Below the pieces are notes generated by a model, which worked only from the letters and a program-made list of their open reading frames with translations, was not told the DNA's origin and made no database searches. A stretch of DNA of 64,000 nucleotides from an uncultured Gemmatimonadales bacterium. GTDB lineage: Bacteria > Gemmatimonadota > Gemmatimonadetes > Palauibacterales > Palauibacteraceae. Below are positions 49,901 through 59,524 of the stretch, in pieces. Within the stretch, counting starts at the first letter, position 1; each line of letters starts with the position of its first letter. The stretch spans positions 160,001 to 224,000 of the forward strand of contig CAWANJ010000001.1 of NCBI GenBank assembly GCA_963783385.1, given 5' to 3'. The position numbers and the translations under genes were made by a program.

Positions 49901-50278
49901 GATTTCCCGGCCCAGGAGCCGACGGCACGCCTCGCGAACGGTGGCGAACGCCTCGGGGAGGATCTCGTCCAGGACCTCCTGGGTGAGCTCGCCCAGCTCC
50001 TCTTCCAGGCCCGCGATGCGCTGCGTGAGGTCCGCCCGCTCGCCCGGGTCCTCGCTGTGCCGCCGGCGCTCCCGCAGCTCGGCGACCTCCTCCTCCAGCG
50101 CTGCGGTGCGCTCCCGGATCTGCTCCCGGAAGCGCCCCGTCTGGGCCTGGAGCTCCTCCTCGGAGACGTCCGCCAGCCGCACTTCGTGGCGTTTGATCTC
50201 GTCGACGATGGGCTGGAGCTTCTTCATCTCCCGCTCGAAGCGGGTGCCCACCAGGCTGTTGATGAGGGACTTCAGCAT
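46978..50278 (-). CDS. secA: Preprotein translocase ATPase SecA (+1 frameshift near 49439)
   Basis: [39 protein letters not shown]|[28 protein letters not shown] and C-terminal [19 protein letters not shown]. Confidence 0.96.
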
Positions 50279-50335
50279 GGCTCCGTCAGGTGCTCGAGGC
50301 GTGCAGGGGCCGCGCGGAGCGGGCCCGACGCACAG

Positions 50336-50977
50336 CTAATAGACATGCCGCGTGGCATCGTTCCCCCCATCGGGGGCCGTGTCGGCCGACTGGAGGACGT
50401 CCTCGGCCCAGGCGCGCTCCAGCGCGCCGCGGACCGACTCCGGCACCAGGTAGCGGACCGTGAGCCCCCGGCCCAGGCGCTCCCGGATGCGGGTGGCCGA
50501 CAGGTCCACCCGCGTCACGGGGAGGGAGCGCACGTCGATCCCGTCCGCCTCCCAGGCTCCCGGATCCTCTCCCCCGCGCGTCATCACGACGACGTCCGCC
50601 AGCTCCGTGAGCCTGCGCGGCTCGTGCCAGCTGGACAGCGTCCGCAGCTGGTCCACACCGAGGACCAGGTAGAGGGCCTCGGGTGCCCGCATCTCCCGAA
50701 TCCAGGCGAGCGTATCGACGGTGTAGGAGGGCCCATCGCGCCGTACCTCGACATCGCTCACCTCCATGCGGGGGTCCCCGTCGAAGGCGCGCCGAACCAG
50801 GTCCAGCCGCACCGCCGCGGGCAGCACGGCGTCCCGGTGCGGTGGCCGGCCGGCGGGGACGACCAGCAGTCGGTCGAGTCCCAGGCCCTCGACCACGTCG
50901 CCGGCCACCACGAGGTGCCCGATGTGGATCGGATCGAAGGTGCCTCCGAACAGCCCCAGTCGCTCGCCCGTCGGCAT
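50336..50977 (-). CDS. nadD: Nicotinate-nucleotide adenylyltransferase
   Basis: Motifs FGGTFDPIHIGH, SYTVDTL and LSATRIRER. Confidence 0.95.
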   Translation of the reverse strand: MPTGERLGLFGGTFDPIHIGHLVVAGDVVEGLGLDRLLVVPAGRPPHRDAVLPAAVRLDLVRRAFDGDPRMEVSDVEVRRDGPSYTVDTLAWIREMRAPEALYLVLGVDQLRTLSSWHEPRRLTELADVVVMTRGGEDPGAWEADGIDVRSLPVTRVDLSATRIRERLGRGLTVRYLVPESVRGALERAWAEDVLQSADTAPDGGNDATRHVY

Positions 50978-50987
50978 CCCGGCCGCC

Positions 50988-51815
50988 TCAGGCGCCCTGA
51001 CCGGTCTCGTTTCGCAGCTTTCTGGCCGCCTGCGAGTCCGCGTGCTCCGTCAGGAGCCGCTGGCGCACGTCCTTGGCCTCCGAGTCGAACCCGATCTTCC
51101 GGTAGCTATGGTAGAGGCTGGCCAGCACATCGGGCACGATCGACGCCTTGGGGTAATTCTTGAGGATGATCTCGAAGTACACGTTCGCGGACTCGTAGAT
51201 GCCGTGGTCGAAGTACCACTTGCCCACCTTGTAGGACTTGGCCGCGAGCTTGTCGTTGGCCTTCTGCTGGAGCGTCCTGGCCGAGTCGGCGAGGGGGCTG
51301 TCGGGATAGTACTGCAACAGCCGTCCGCAGGCGTCCACGGCCTTGTGCGTGTAGTCCTGGTCGAGGGCGAGCTCGGGACTGAGCTTCCAGTCGCACCGGC
51401 ACACGCCCAGGAGCGCGTCGTCCGCGAGGTCGCTGGTGGGGCGGTTCGTGCCGAGGCGATCGAAGGCGTCGGCAGCCTCGCGGTAGTGCCCCTCCTTGAA
51501 GTACGACTCGCCCAGCAGGTACTGGCCACTGTCGGCGCGCGGGTCCAGGGGCGCCTCCAGCAGGAAGGACTTGAAGCCCTTGGCCGCCGCGCCGTAGTCG
51601 CCGGCGGCGAAGCGCTCACGGGACCAACGGTACTTGCCCTCGGGAGCCATCTGCTTGGGTGGACTCGCCGTGCCACACGCCAGCGCTCCCGCGAACAGCG
51701 CCAGGCCCGCGGCGGCCGGGACGACCCGCAGCCAGAGGCCGCCATGACGGCCGGCCCACGCCCGCGCTTCGGGTTCCCCGGCGTCCTCGCTCGCTGCAGG
51801 CTCCTGGCTCCGCAT
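50988..51815 (-). CDS. bamD: Outer-membrane protein assembly factor BamD (TPR lipoprotein)
   Basis: Lipobox ALAC, LDQDYTHKA, YYPDSPL, KLAAKSYKVGKWY and NYPKAS. Confidence 0.85.
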   Translation of the reverse strand: MRSQEPAASEDAGEPEARAWAGRHGGLWLRVVPAAAGLALFAGALACGTASPPKQMAPEGKYRWSRERFAAGDYGAAAKGFKSFLLEAPLDPRADSGQYLLGESYFKEGHYREAADAFDRLGTNRPTSDLADDALLGVCRCDWKLSPELALDQDYTHKAVDACGRLLQYYPDSPLADSARTLQQKANDKLAAKSYKVGKWYFDHGIYESANVYFEIILKNYPKASIVPDVLASLYHSYRKIGFDSEAKDVRQRLLTEHADSQAARKLRNETGQGA

Positions 51816-51876
51816 CCTCACTCCCTCTGCTTCCTCTCTCACTCCCGGCCTCGACGGCTCCCACACGCCATCCTGC

Positions 51877-52800
51877 TCAGCCGCCGTACCGGATCTGTCG
51901 GATCCGCTCCTCGGCCTGATGGGCCACCGGTCCCGTGCGGGCCGGGTCGAGGCGCAGGACCGATTCGAACGCCTCCATCGCTTCCTGGGACCGTCCCTGG
52001 CCCAGCAGCACCTCGCCCCGCAGGTACTGCGCCCTGTCCTGCAGGGTCCGGGGCACGCCGACCGCCACCAGGCTGTCGAGGCTGGCCAGCGCGTCGTCGG
52101 GCCGCCTGGCCCGCCGTTGCTGGGTAGCTACCTCGTATAGACAGTTCCCGTAGTGCCAGCGGGCGCTGTTCGCCTCGGCCGACCCATCGCCTGGCGCCAT
52201 ATCCAGGTAGCGCCGAAAGTAGGTCAGGGCCTCCTCGCATCCCCCCAGCTCCTCGAAGGAGCGAGCCGTCTCGTACAGAACCCTTGAATCGACGCCGGGA
52301 TCCTCGGGGAGGGACAGAAGCAGGGGCAGCGCGTCGGCGAAGCCGCCCTGGTCGAAGGCGTGGTCCCCGAGCTTGCGCCTGAGGTCGGCCGGGACCAGGG
52401 ACAGGTCGGAGGCGACGACCGGCTCCAGGAGCCTGGACATCTCCGCCTCGTTGCCGCGCTCGTCGGCAGCGCGCGCCGCGGCCGTGAGATCCGTGGCCGC
52501 CTGGTACTGGTAGCTGGAGTCCGCCTTCAGTAACTGGCCGTAGATCTGGAGCGCCGTCTCACCATCGCCGGAGAGCGCGTACGCGTGTGCCAGGCGCGCG
52601 AGGATGGACGGATCCTCGCCCTGCTGGCGCCGGGCCAGTCGATACTCGGCGATGGCCTGATCCGTCCGCCCCTGCGTGAGGAGGCGGTCGCCCCTCCCGA
52701 GCGCATCGCCACCGGCCCTGGTGCAGGCGGTCAGACCGACCAGCCCGGCTGCCCATACGGCGATGATGCTCCAACGACCCGGCCTCCAGCGTGGGGTCAC
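51877..52800 (-). CDS. TPR-repeat putative lipoprotein
   Basis: Lipobox LTAC followed by several TPRs (AQYLRGEVLLGQGRSQEAMEAFESVLRLDP). The GTG start overlaps the GT2 stop. Confidence 0.75.
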   Translation of the reverse strand: MTPRWRPGRWSIIAVWAAGLVGLTACTRAGGDALGRGDRLLTQGRTDQAIAEYRLARRQQGEDPSILARLAHAYALSGDGETALQIYGQLLKADSSYQYQAATDLTAAARAADERGNEAEMSRLLEPVVASDLSLVPADLRRKLGDHAFDQGGFADALPLLLSLPEDPGVDSRVLYETARSFEELGGCEEALTYFRRYLDMAPGDGSAEANSARWHYGNCLYEVATQQRRARRPDDALASLDSLVAVGVPRTLQDRAQYLRGEVLLGQGRSQEAMEAFESVLRLDPARTGPVAHQAEERIRQIRYGG

Positions 52801-53555
52801 TCGCCACCCGCGCTCGCCCGTCTCCGGCCGAAAGCCCGTCGGAAGAGCCCGTACTTCAGGATACACACCAGGGCCCGCACGCCGTCCCGCCATCCGATCT
52901 TCTTGCCCTCGGCGTAGGTTCGTCCGCTGTACGACACGCCGACCTCGTACACCCGCCAGCCCCCGAGGGCCACCTTCGACGTCAATTCGGGCTCGACCCC
53001 GAATCCCCGCTCCTCGATGACGAGATCGTCGAGCACCTCGCGACGGAAGCACTTGTAGCACGTCTCCATATCGGAAAGGTTGAGGTTCGTCACCATGTTG
53101 GACAGCAGCGTGAGGAAGCGGTTCCCGACGTAGTGCCAGAAGTAGAGGACCCGGTGGGGACGTCCGCCCATGAACCGCGATCCGTACACGACGTCGGCCA
53201 GCCCCCGCTCGATCGGCTCGACCAGCATCTCGTAGTCCACCGGGTCGTACTCCAGGTCCGCGTCCTGCACGATGACGACCTCGCCCGCGCACGAGCGGAA
53301 CCCCCGGGAGAGTGCGGCGCCCTTGCCCCGGTTGGGATCCTGGCGCACGAGGCGATCGATGTGGCCCTCCTTCTCCAGCCGCGCCAGGATCTCGGTGGAC
53401 CCGTCGGTGGACCCGTCGTCGACCACGACCAGCTCCACCGGCATCGACACCGCACGGACCCGCGCGACGATCTCCTCCAGCGTGTCACGCTCGTTGTAGA
53501 CGGGCATGACGACGGAGACTCGCACCGCCGATCCGTTCGCGGCGACGTCGCTCAC
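52797..53555 (-). CDS. Glycosyltransferase family 2, polyprenol-phosphate glycosyltransferase (DPM1-like)
   Basis: Motifs [45 protein letters not shown] and [10 protein letters not shown]. Confidence 0.92.
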   Translation of the reverse strand: MSDVAANGSAVRVSVVMPVYNERDTLEEIVARVRAVSMPVELVVVDDGSTDGSTEILARLEKEGHIDRLVRQDPNRGKGAALSRGFRSCAGEVVIVQDADLEYDPVDYEMLVEPIERGLADVVYGSRFMGGRPHRVLYFWHYVGNRFLTLLSNMVTNLNLSDMETCYKCFRREVLDDLVIEERGFGVEPELTSKVALGGWRVYEVGVSYSGRTYAEGKKIGWRDGVRALVCILKYGLFRRAFGRRRASAGGE

Positions 53556-54533
53556 GCGGTCCCGTCTCCGGCCAGCACGCGGGGCGAGGGGAGGCGCCCC
53601 TGCTCACGCAGCCTCCGGAAGTGGTCCGCCGTGCGCTCCAGACCGTTCCGCAGCTCCACCTTCGGAGACCAGTCCAGCACCCGACGCGCCCGGCCAATGT
53701 CGGGCTGGCGCACCTTGGGATCGTCCTCCGGAAGGGGGAGGTACCGGACCTCGGAGTCCCCGCCCGTGACCTCGAGGACGAGATCCGCGAGCTCGGCTAT
53801 CGTGAACTCGACGGGATTGCCGAGGTTGACCGGCTCGCTCTCCTCGGAGAAGAACAGGCGGTACAGGCCCTCGATGAGGTCGGACACGTAGCAGAAGCTG
53901 CGGGACTGGCTACCATCCCCGTAGATGCTGAGCGGTTCGCCGAGCAGGGCCTGGACGAGGAAGTTCGACACGACCCTCCCGTCGGCCGGCCGCATGCGGG
54001 GTCCGTACGTGTTGAAGATCCTGGCGATACGCGTGTCGAGGCCGTGGTAGCGGTGATACGCCATGGTCAGCGCCTCGGCGAATCGCTTGGCCTCGTCGTA
54101 CACTCCGCGGGGGCCGATCGGGTTCACGTTCCCCCAGTAGCCCTCCGTCTGGGGATGCTCGAGCGGGTCGCCGTACACCTCGGAGGTGGAAGCGAGCAGG
54201 TAGCGGGCTCCCTTCGCCTTGGCCAGGCCGAGCGTCTTGTGCGTCCCCAGGCTCCCCACCTTCAGGGTCTGGATCGGGAACTCGAGGTAGTCCACCGGAC
54301 TGGCGGGCGAGGCGAAGTGCAGGACGCCGTCCAGGCGGCCGGCCACGTACGATGAACTCCGTCACGTCGTACTTGACGAAGTGGAAGCCCTCCCGGCCCA
54401 TCAGGTGGGCCAGGTTGTCCGCGGAGCCGGTGATGAAGTTGTCCATGCCCACGACCTCGTGGCCCTCCTCGAGGAAGCGGTCGCACAGGTGGGAGCCCAG
54501 GAAGCCGGCCGCCCCCGTGATGAGGACCCTCAT
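53552..54533 (-). CDS. uxs: UDP-glucuronate decarboxylase (UDP-xylose synthase) family SDR (+1 frameshift near 54350)
   Basis: Motifs [58 protein letters not shown] and [10 protein letters not shown]. Confidence 0.9.
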
Positions 54534-55843
54534 TCGACCGCCTCCCGTCCGATCGGATAGTAGCGGAACCCGCGGTCCCCGAGGCGCCGGGGCTCGAACA
54601 GGTTGCGACCGTCGAACACCGTCCGCTCCCGAAGGGCGTCGGAAAGCCGCTCCCAGCTCGGCCGGCGGTACTGCTGCCACTCCGTCACGATCACAAGGGC
54701 GTCGGCACCGACGCACGCCTCGTACTCGTCCTTGCCGTAGTCGACGCGGTCGCCGAAGTGCCGCGAGCGGGCCACCTCCATGGCCACCGGGTCGTGGACA
54801 GCCACCGAGGCCCCGGCGCCCAGGAGTCCTTCCACGACCTCGATGGAGGGCGCTTCCCGCATGTCATCCGTCTCCGGCTTGAAGGCCAGACCCCACACGG
54901 CCAGACGGCGCCCGGCGAGGTCGCTCCCGAAGTGATCGAGCACCTTCTCCACCAGGAGCCGCTTCTGGCGATCGTTGGCCTCGTGCACGGCGCGCAGGAT
55001 CGAAAGGTCGACCGCCTGCTCATCTCCCGTCCGGATGAGCGCACGGACATCCTTGGGAAAGCAGCTTCCCCCGTACCCGGCCCCGGCGAACAGGAAGGAC
55101 GATCCGATCCGAGGGTCGCTGCCAATGCCGTGCCGGACGTGGGCCACGTCGGCTCCCGTGGCCTCGCACAGGGCGGCGACCTGGTTCATGAAGCTGATCC
55201 GGGTGGCCAGCATCGCGTTCGCGGCGTACTTGGTCAGCTCGGACGACGGTATGTCCATGAACAGCAGAGGATTGCCCGTTCTCACGAACGGCTCATACAG
55301 CTCCTGGAGGATGGGACGCACGGCGTCCGTCTCGATGCCGCACACCACTCGGTCGGGGCGCATGAAGTCGTCGACCGCGCTCCCCTCCTTGAGGAACTCG
55401 GGGTTGGAGCACACGTGGAACGGGACGTCCGTCCAGCGCTCGATCTCCTCCCGGACCCGCCGCGCCGTGCCCACCGGGACCGTGCTCTTGGTGATGACCA
55501 CCGCCCCCTCGCGCAGGTTCCGGCCGATCGTCCCGGCCACCGAGAGCACGTGCTGGAGGTCGGCGGAGCCGTCCTCGTCGGGAGGCGTGCCCACCGCGAT
55601 GAACAGGACCTCGCCGCGGGCTGCTGCGGTGTCCACGTCGGTCGTAAACTGGAGCCGGTTCTCGCGCGCGTTCCTCTCCAGCAGACGATCCAGGCCCGGC
55701 TCGAAGATGGGGACCTCGCCCCGCTCGAGCCGCTCGATCTTCCCCTCGTCGACGTCGGCGCACACCACGCGGTGCCCCGTCTCCGCGAGACAGGCGCCGA
55801 CCACGAGGCCGACGTATCCGGTTCCGATGACCGTCACATCCAT
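54530..55843 (-). CDS. ugd: UDP-glucose 6-dehydrogenase
   Basis: Motifs [34 protein letters not shown] and [14 protein letters not shown]. Confidence 0.95.
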   Translation of the reverse strand: MDVTVIGTGYVGLVVGACLAETGHRVVCADVDEGKIERLERGEVPIFEPGLDRLLERNARENRLQFTTDVDTAAARGEVLFIAVGTPPDEDGSADLQHVLSVAGTIGRNLREGAVVITKSTVPVGTARRVREEIERWTDVPFHVCSNPEFLKEGSAVDDFMRPDRVVCGIETDAVRPILQELYEPFVRTGNPLLFMDIPSSELTKYAANAMLATRISFMNQVAALCEATGADVAHVRHGIGSDPRIGSSFLFAGAGYGGSCFPKDVRALIRTGDEQAVDLSILRAVHEANDRQKRLLVEKVLDHFGSDLAGRRLAVWGLAFKPETDDMREAPSIEVVEGLLGAGASVAVHDPVAMEVARSRHFGDRVDYGKDEYEACVGADALVIVTEWQQYRRPSWERLSDALRERTVFDGRNLFEPRRLGDRGFRYYPIGREAVE

Positions 55844-55907
55844 GATCGTCCCCTGCTCACGTCGCTCTCCTGTGGCATCTCGGGTGCCTCTCGATGGCCG
55901 GGGAGGT

Positions 55908-56873
55908 TCAGCTCGCGAACGTGCGGTACACTTCGCGCACCGTGTCCTCGATGCTCCGCTGCGGCGCCCAGCCGGTCTCCTGGCGGATCCGGGTCGGGTC
56001 GCCCACCACGCGGCCGGGCTCCTCCTCCCGGATGCGGCTCTCGTCCACGACCACCTCCACGCTCACGTTCGCATCGTCGAGGATCCAGTCGAGGATCCGC
56101 CGAACGGAGATGGAGCGCCCTGAGCACACATTGTACGCCGCCTGCGGGCGTTCCAGCTCCGTCACCAGGAGGAAGGCCCGCACGGCATCCCGGACGTCCG
56201 TGAAGTCCCGCTCGGCGTCCAGGTTGCCCACGTCGAGCCTCGAGGGCCGCTCGCCCGCCGCGATCTCGGCGACCTGTCGGCAGAAGTCCGGGACGACAAA
56301 GTGGGTCTGCTGGCCCGGACCAATGAGGTTGAAGCCACGGAGCACGACCGTCCGCACGTCGTACGCACGCCGGTACGTGTGCGCGGCGAGCTCCTGGCAC
56401 GCCTTGGAGAGCCCGTACACGGTCACCGGCCGCAGCATGAGCTCCTCGCCCAACGGCTGACCGGGCTCGCCGGCGTCCCCATACGAGTCCCCCGAGCCCA
56501 TGACCAGGATCAGGGGATCGAAGTCCGGGAACTCCTCGCGGACGCTGAGCACGGCCTCGCAGAGGTTGACGGTGCCGCCCGCGTTGACACGCAGGGCCCC
56601 TTCCGCCTGCTCCCGGGCCAGCGCGCCCGAGGAGAAGCCGGCCAGGTGGTAGATCCGGTCGGGTCGGACCGCCGCCAGGACCCGGAACAGGGCGTCGTGG
56701 TCCCGGACGTCGGCGGCTTTCCAGTCCACCGCGGCCATCTGGGACGGCGACAGGGTGCTCCGGGTGGGCGGGAGCGTGAGGGCGGAGGCCGCGACCTCCC
56801 CCTCGGACTCCAGGAGCGCCGTGAGCAGGTGCTCGCCGACGAAACCGTCCGCGCCGGTGACCAGGCTCTTCAA
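55908..56873 (-). CDS. Extended SDR, GDP-mannose 4,6-dehydratase / GDP-6-deoxy-mannose reductase (Rmd)-like
   Basis: Motifs LVTGADGFVG, IYHLAG, YGLSK, FNLIGPGQ, VGNLDAERDFTDVRD and YNVCSG. The TTG start overlaps the hemB stop. Confidence 0.82.
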   Translation of the reverse strand: MKSLVTGADGFVGEHLLTALLESEGEVAASALTLPPTRSTLSPSQMAAVDWKAADVRDHDALFRVLAAVRPDRIYHLAGFSSGALAREQAEGALRVNAGGTVNLCEAVLSVREEFPDFDPLILVMGSGDSYGDAGEPGQPLGEELMLRPVTVYGLSKACQELAAHTYRRAYDVRTVVLRGFNLIGPGQQTHFVVPDFCRQVAEIAAGERPSRLDVGNLDAERDFTDVRDAVRAFLLVTELERPQAAYNVCSGRSISVRRILDWILDDANVSVEVVVDESRIREEEPGRVVGDPTRIRQETGWAPQRSIEDTVREVYRTFAS

Positions 56874-57883
56874 GCGGAGGCTCCGCGCCCTTCGGCCCGC
56901 GCCCGCCTGGCCAGCTCCCGGGCCGCGTAGGTGACGACCAGATCGGCGCCCGCGCGCCGGATCGAGACGGCCGCCTCCCACAGGACCGCCTCCGCGTCGA
57001 GCCAACCCCGCTCGGCCGCGGCCCGGATCATGGCGTACTCGCCGCTCACGGAGTAGGCCACGGTGGGCAGGCCGAAGCGCCGCTTGACCCTGTAGACGAT
57101 GTCCAGGTAGCCGAGAGCCGGCTTGACCATGACCATGTCGGCCCCCTCCGACACGTCCAGCGCCACCTCGCGGAGGGCCTCGTCGCCGTTGGCCGGGTCC
57201 ATCTGGTAGCCGCGCCGGTCGCCGAAGCCCGGCGAGGAGTCGGCCGCGTCACGGAAGGGGCCGTAGAAGGTGCTGGCGTACTTGGCCGCGTACGAGAGAA
57301 TCGCGACATCCTCCAGGCCCTCGCGGTCCAGCGCGCCGCGGATCGCTCCCACCCGGCCGTCCATCATGTCCGAGGGCGCCACGACCTGCGCGCCCGCTTT
57401 CGCGTGGCTCACGGCCTGCCGGGCGAGGAGCTCCAGCGTCGGATCGTTGAGCACGCGGTCGCCCTCCACCAGCCCGCAATGGCCGTGGCTCGTGTACTCG
57501 CACAGGCACACGTCCGTGATCACCACGGCATCGGGGAACTCCTCCCGGAGGCGCCGGACGGCGCGCTGCACGATCCCGTCTTCGGCCCACGAGGCGCTGC
57601 CACGCTCGTCCTTGTGGTCCGGCACCCCGAACAGGAGGAACGCCCTCACTCCATCCTCGAGCGCGGCGGCCGCCTCCCGCACTGCCGCCTCGATCGGGAG
57701 TCGGAACACGCCCGGCATCGACTCGACGGGGCGCGGCGCGTCCGTAGTGGCGTCCACGAACAGCGGGTAGATGAAGTCCGAGGCAGCCGGACGGGTCTCC
57801 CTGACCAGGTCCCGGACCCCGGGTCGGCGCAAGCGACGCAACCGCACACGGGGAAACGAGCCTCCTCCTCCCTCCTCAGCCAT
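56870..57883 (-). CDS. hemB: Porphobilinogen synthase (Zn-binding type)
   Basis: Motifs DVCLCEYTSHGHCG, APSDMMDGR, GDRRGYQMD, MVKPAL and SGEYAMI. Confidence 0.97.
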   Translation of the reverse strand: MAEEGGGGSFPRVRLRRLRRPGVRDLVRETRPAASDFIYPLFVDATTDAPRPVESMPGVFRLPIEAAVREAAAALEDGVRAFLLFGVPDHKDERGSASWAEDGIVQRAVRRLREEFPDAVVITDVCLCEYTSHGHCGLVEGDRVLNDPTLELLARQAVSHAKAGAQVVAPSDMMDGRVGAIRGALDREGLEDVAILSYAAKYASTFYGPFRDAADSSPGFGDRRGYQMDPANGDEALREVALDVSEGADMVMVKPALGYLDIVYRVKRRFGLPTVAYSVSGEYAMIRAAAERGWLDAEAVLWEAAVSIRRAGADLVVTYAARELARRARAEGRGASA

Positions 57884-58700
57884 CCGTTCCTCCCGGCTGC
57901 GATGCCTTCTCCGCCTCCACGAGCGCCTCCACGAGACCGGGGATCGTGAACTCGCGGGCCACCACGTGCACCGGGAGTCCCAGCTCGCGGGCCGTTCCCG
58001 CCGTGATCGGACCGATGGCCGCGACCCTGGCCTCGCCGGCGTCCGCTCCGACCGCCGTCACGAACCCACGGACCGTAGAGGACGCCGTGAAGGTCAGCCA
58101 GTCGATCTCGCCGGCGTCCAGGCGGGTCCGCAACGCATCCGCCTCGGCCGCATCCGCGAACGTGGTGTGGTAGGCGGCGACCTCATCCACGCTGGCGCCG
58201 GCGGCTTCCAGGAGCCGGGGAAGCACCTCCCGTGCCTCGGCCGCCCGCGGGAGCAGGACGCGACGCCCCGAAGGTCGCGGCTCCGCAGCGAGGATCGCCT
58301 CGGCGAGGCGCTCGGCGCGGTACTCCTCGGGGAGCACCGACGCCTCGAGCCCGAGCTCCGTCCGCACCGCTTCCGCCGTGGCCGGTCCGATGGCGGCCAC
58401 CCGCAGCTCCCGGAGCGCATCCGCGGCGCCGCCGACCTCGTCCCGTGCGCGCCGGAATGCTTCCACACCGTGCACGCTCGTGAACACGAGCCAGTCGTAG
58501 GCGGCCACACGGCGGAGCGCATCGCGCAGAGGCGTGGGATCCTCGAGCGGGCGGATACGGATCGTCGGAAAGGAGAGCACCCGCGCGCCGAGGGAGCCGA
58601 GCAGCGACTCGAACGAGCCCGAGCGGGAGCGCGGGCGCGTCACGACGACGGTACGGCCCTCGAGAGGGTGATCCCGGGATGGCGCGGGCCTGGCAATCAT
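57876..58700 (-). CDS. hemD: Uroporphyrinogen-III synthase
   Basis: Motifs VVVTRP, WLVFTSVHGV, AAIGPATA, LTFTASSTV and AIGPITA. Confidence 0.92.
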   Translation of the reverse strand: MIARPAPSRDHPLEGRTVVVTRPRSRSGSFESLLGSLGARVLSFPTIRIRPLEDPTPLRDALRRVAAYDWLVFTSVHGVEAFRRARDEVGGAADALRELRVAAIGPATAEAVRTELGLEASVLPEEYRAERLAEAILAAEPRPSGRRVLLPRAAEAREVLPRLLEAAGASVDEVAAYHTTFADAAEADALRTRLDAGEIDWLTFTASSTVRGFVTAVGADAGEARVAAIGPITAGTARELGLPVHVVAREFTIPGLVEALVEAEKASQPGGTDG

Positions 58701-58708
58701 CGGAGCGG

Positions 58709-58737
58709 AATATAGGCGCGGCCCCGGGCGGGACCAA
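58709..58737 (-). promoter_or_regulatory. Putative promoter immediately upstream of hemD
   Basis: TTGGTC-N17-TATATT, ending 8 nt before the ATG. Confidence 0.45.
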
Positions 58738-58748
58738 CGCCGGGGGGC

Positions 58749-58770
58749 GACGACCCGTCACCGGGTCGTC
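58749..58770 (-). terminator. Hairpin at the end of rpmB
   Basis: Perfect 9-bp stem gacgacccg-tcac-cgggtcgtc. No U-tract. Confidence 0.4.
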
Positions 58771-58960
58771 ACGGCGCCTTACTGACCTTCCCGGCCTTCA
58801 GGCAGCGCGTGCACACCCGCACGCGCCGCACGGTCCCCTCGTCGACGATCCGGACCCGCTGGAGATTCGGGTAGGTGCGCCGCTTCGTGCGGTTGTTGGC
58901 GTTGCTGACGCTGTTGCCCGTTGCCGGGCCCTTGCCGCACACGTAGCAGAATCTAGCCAT
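58769..58960 (-). CDS. rpmB: 50S ribosomal protein L28 (Zn-ribbon form)
   Basis: [28 protein letters not shown]...CTRCLK. Confidence 0.95.
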   Translation of the reverse strand: MARFCYVCGKGPATGNSVSNANNRTKRRTYPNLQRVRIVDEGTVRRVRVCTRCLKAGKVSKAP

Positions 58961-58978
58961 CAGAATCCCCGCGTGGCC

Positions 58979-59488
58979 TCAGTTGCGAGTGCTGCGGAGG
59001 ATGGAGACGGAGTCCGCCAGCATGAACGTCGGCAGACTCGGAATCTGTGCCGCCGACGCCGAATCCACCGCCCCGCGCTTCACCCACTCCGAGCGAATCG
59101 AGTCGTTGAGCGTATAGAACTGACCGCCCACGTTGACGCGGTCGTCCTTGTAGACCGTGGTGCCCCGCTGGAGCAGCCGGGCGCTCAGCAGCACCGGATA
59201 CTCGAGGGTGTCGTTGACGACGAGCGTGAACACGCCCCGCCCGAGCCGCGCTCCAACCTGGGCGCTGTCGAAGGCGGCGCCCTGGCCCGCAGCCGCCGCT
59301 GGATCCGAGCCCAGGGACGCCAGGGTCACCGGGGGCGGCCCCTCCGTGGTCGAGTCCGCCATGGCGGGCGTCACGGTCTGCTCGATCTGCTGGGACTGGC
59401 GATACAGCCAGTAGAAGAACCCGGCCATGACCGCGAGTGCCACGACCAGGAGGATGGATGAGCTTCCGCGAAAGCCGGAACGCGCCAT
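58979..59488 (-). CDS. Hypothetical membrane-anchored protein
   Basis: Single N-terminal TM segment, natural protein composition and a purine-rich RBS. Lies between rplQ and rpmB. Confidence 0.75.
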   Translation of the reverse strand: MARSGFRGSSSILLVVALAVMAGFFYWLYRQSQQIEQTVTPAMADSTTEGPPPVTLASLGSDPAAAAGQGAAFDSAQVGARLGRGVFTLVVNDTLEYPVLLSARLLQRGTTVYKDDRVNVGGQFYTLNDSIRSEWVKRGAVDSASAAQIPSLPTFMLADSVSILRSTRN

Positions 59489-59524
59489 GTGTCTCCCTCT
59501 CTCTTGTTCCCCGGACGGACGGGC

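Noticed and set aside
4048-54533. Pseudogene calls for hemL, ftsK, tsaB, secA and uxs
   Set aside because: Each has a single indel in otherwise intact sequence, and several are normally essential. Sequencing error is far more likely.
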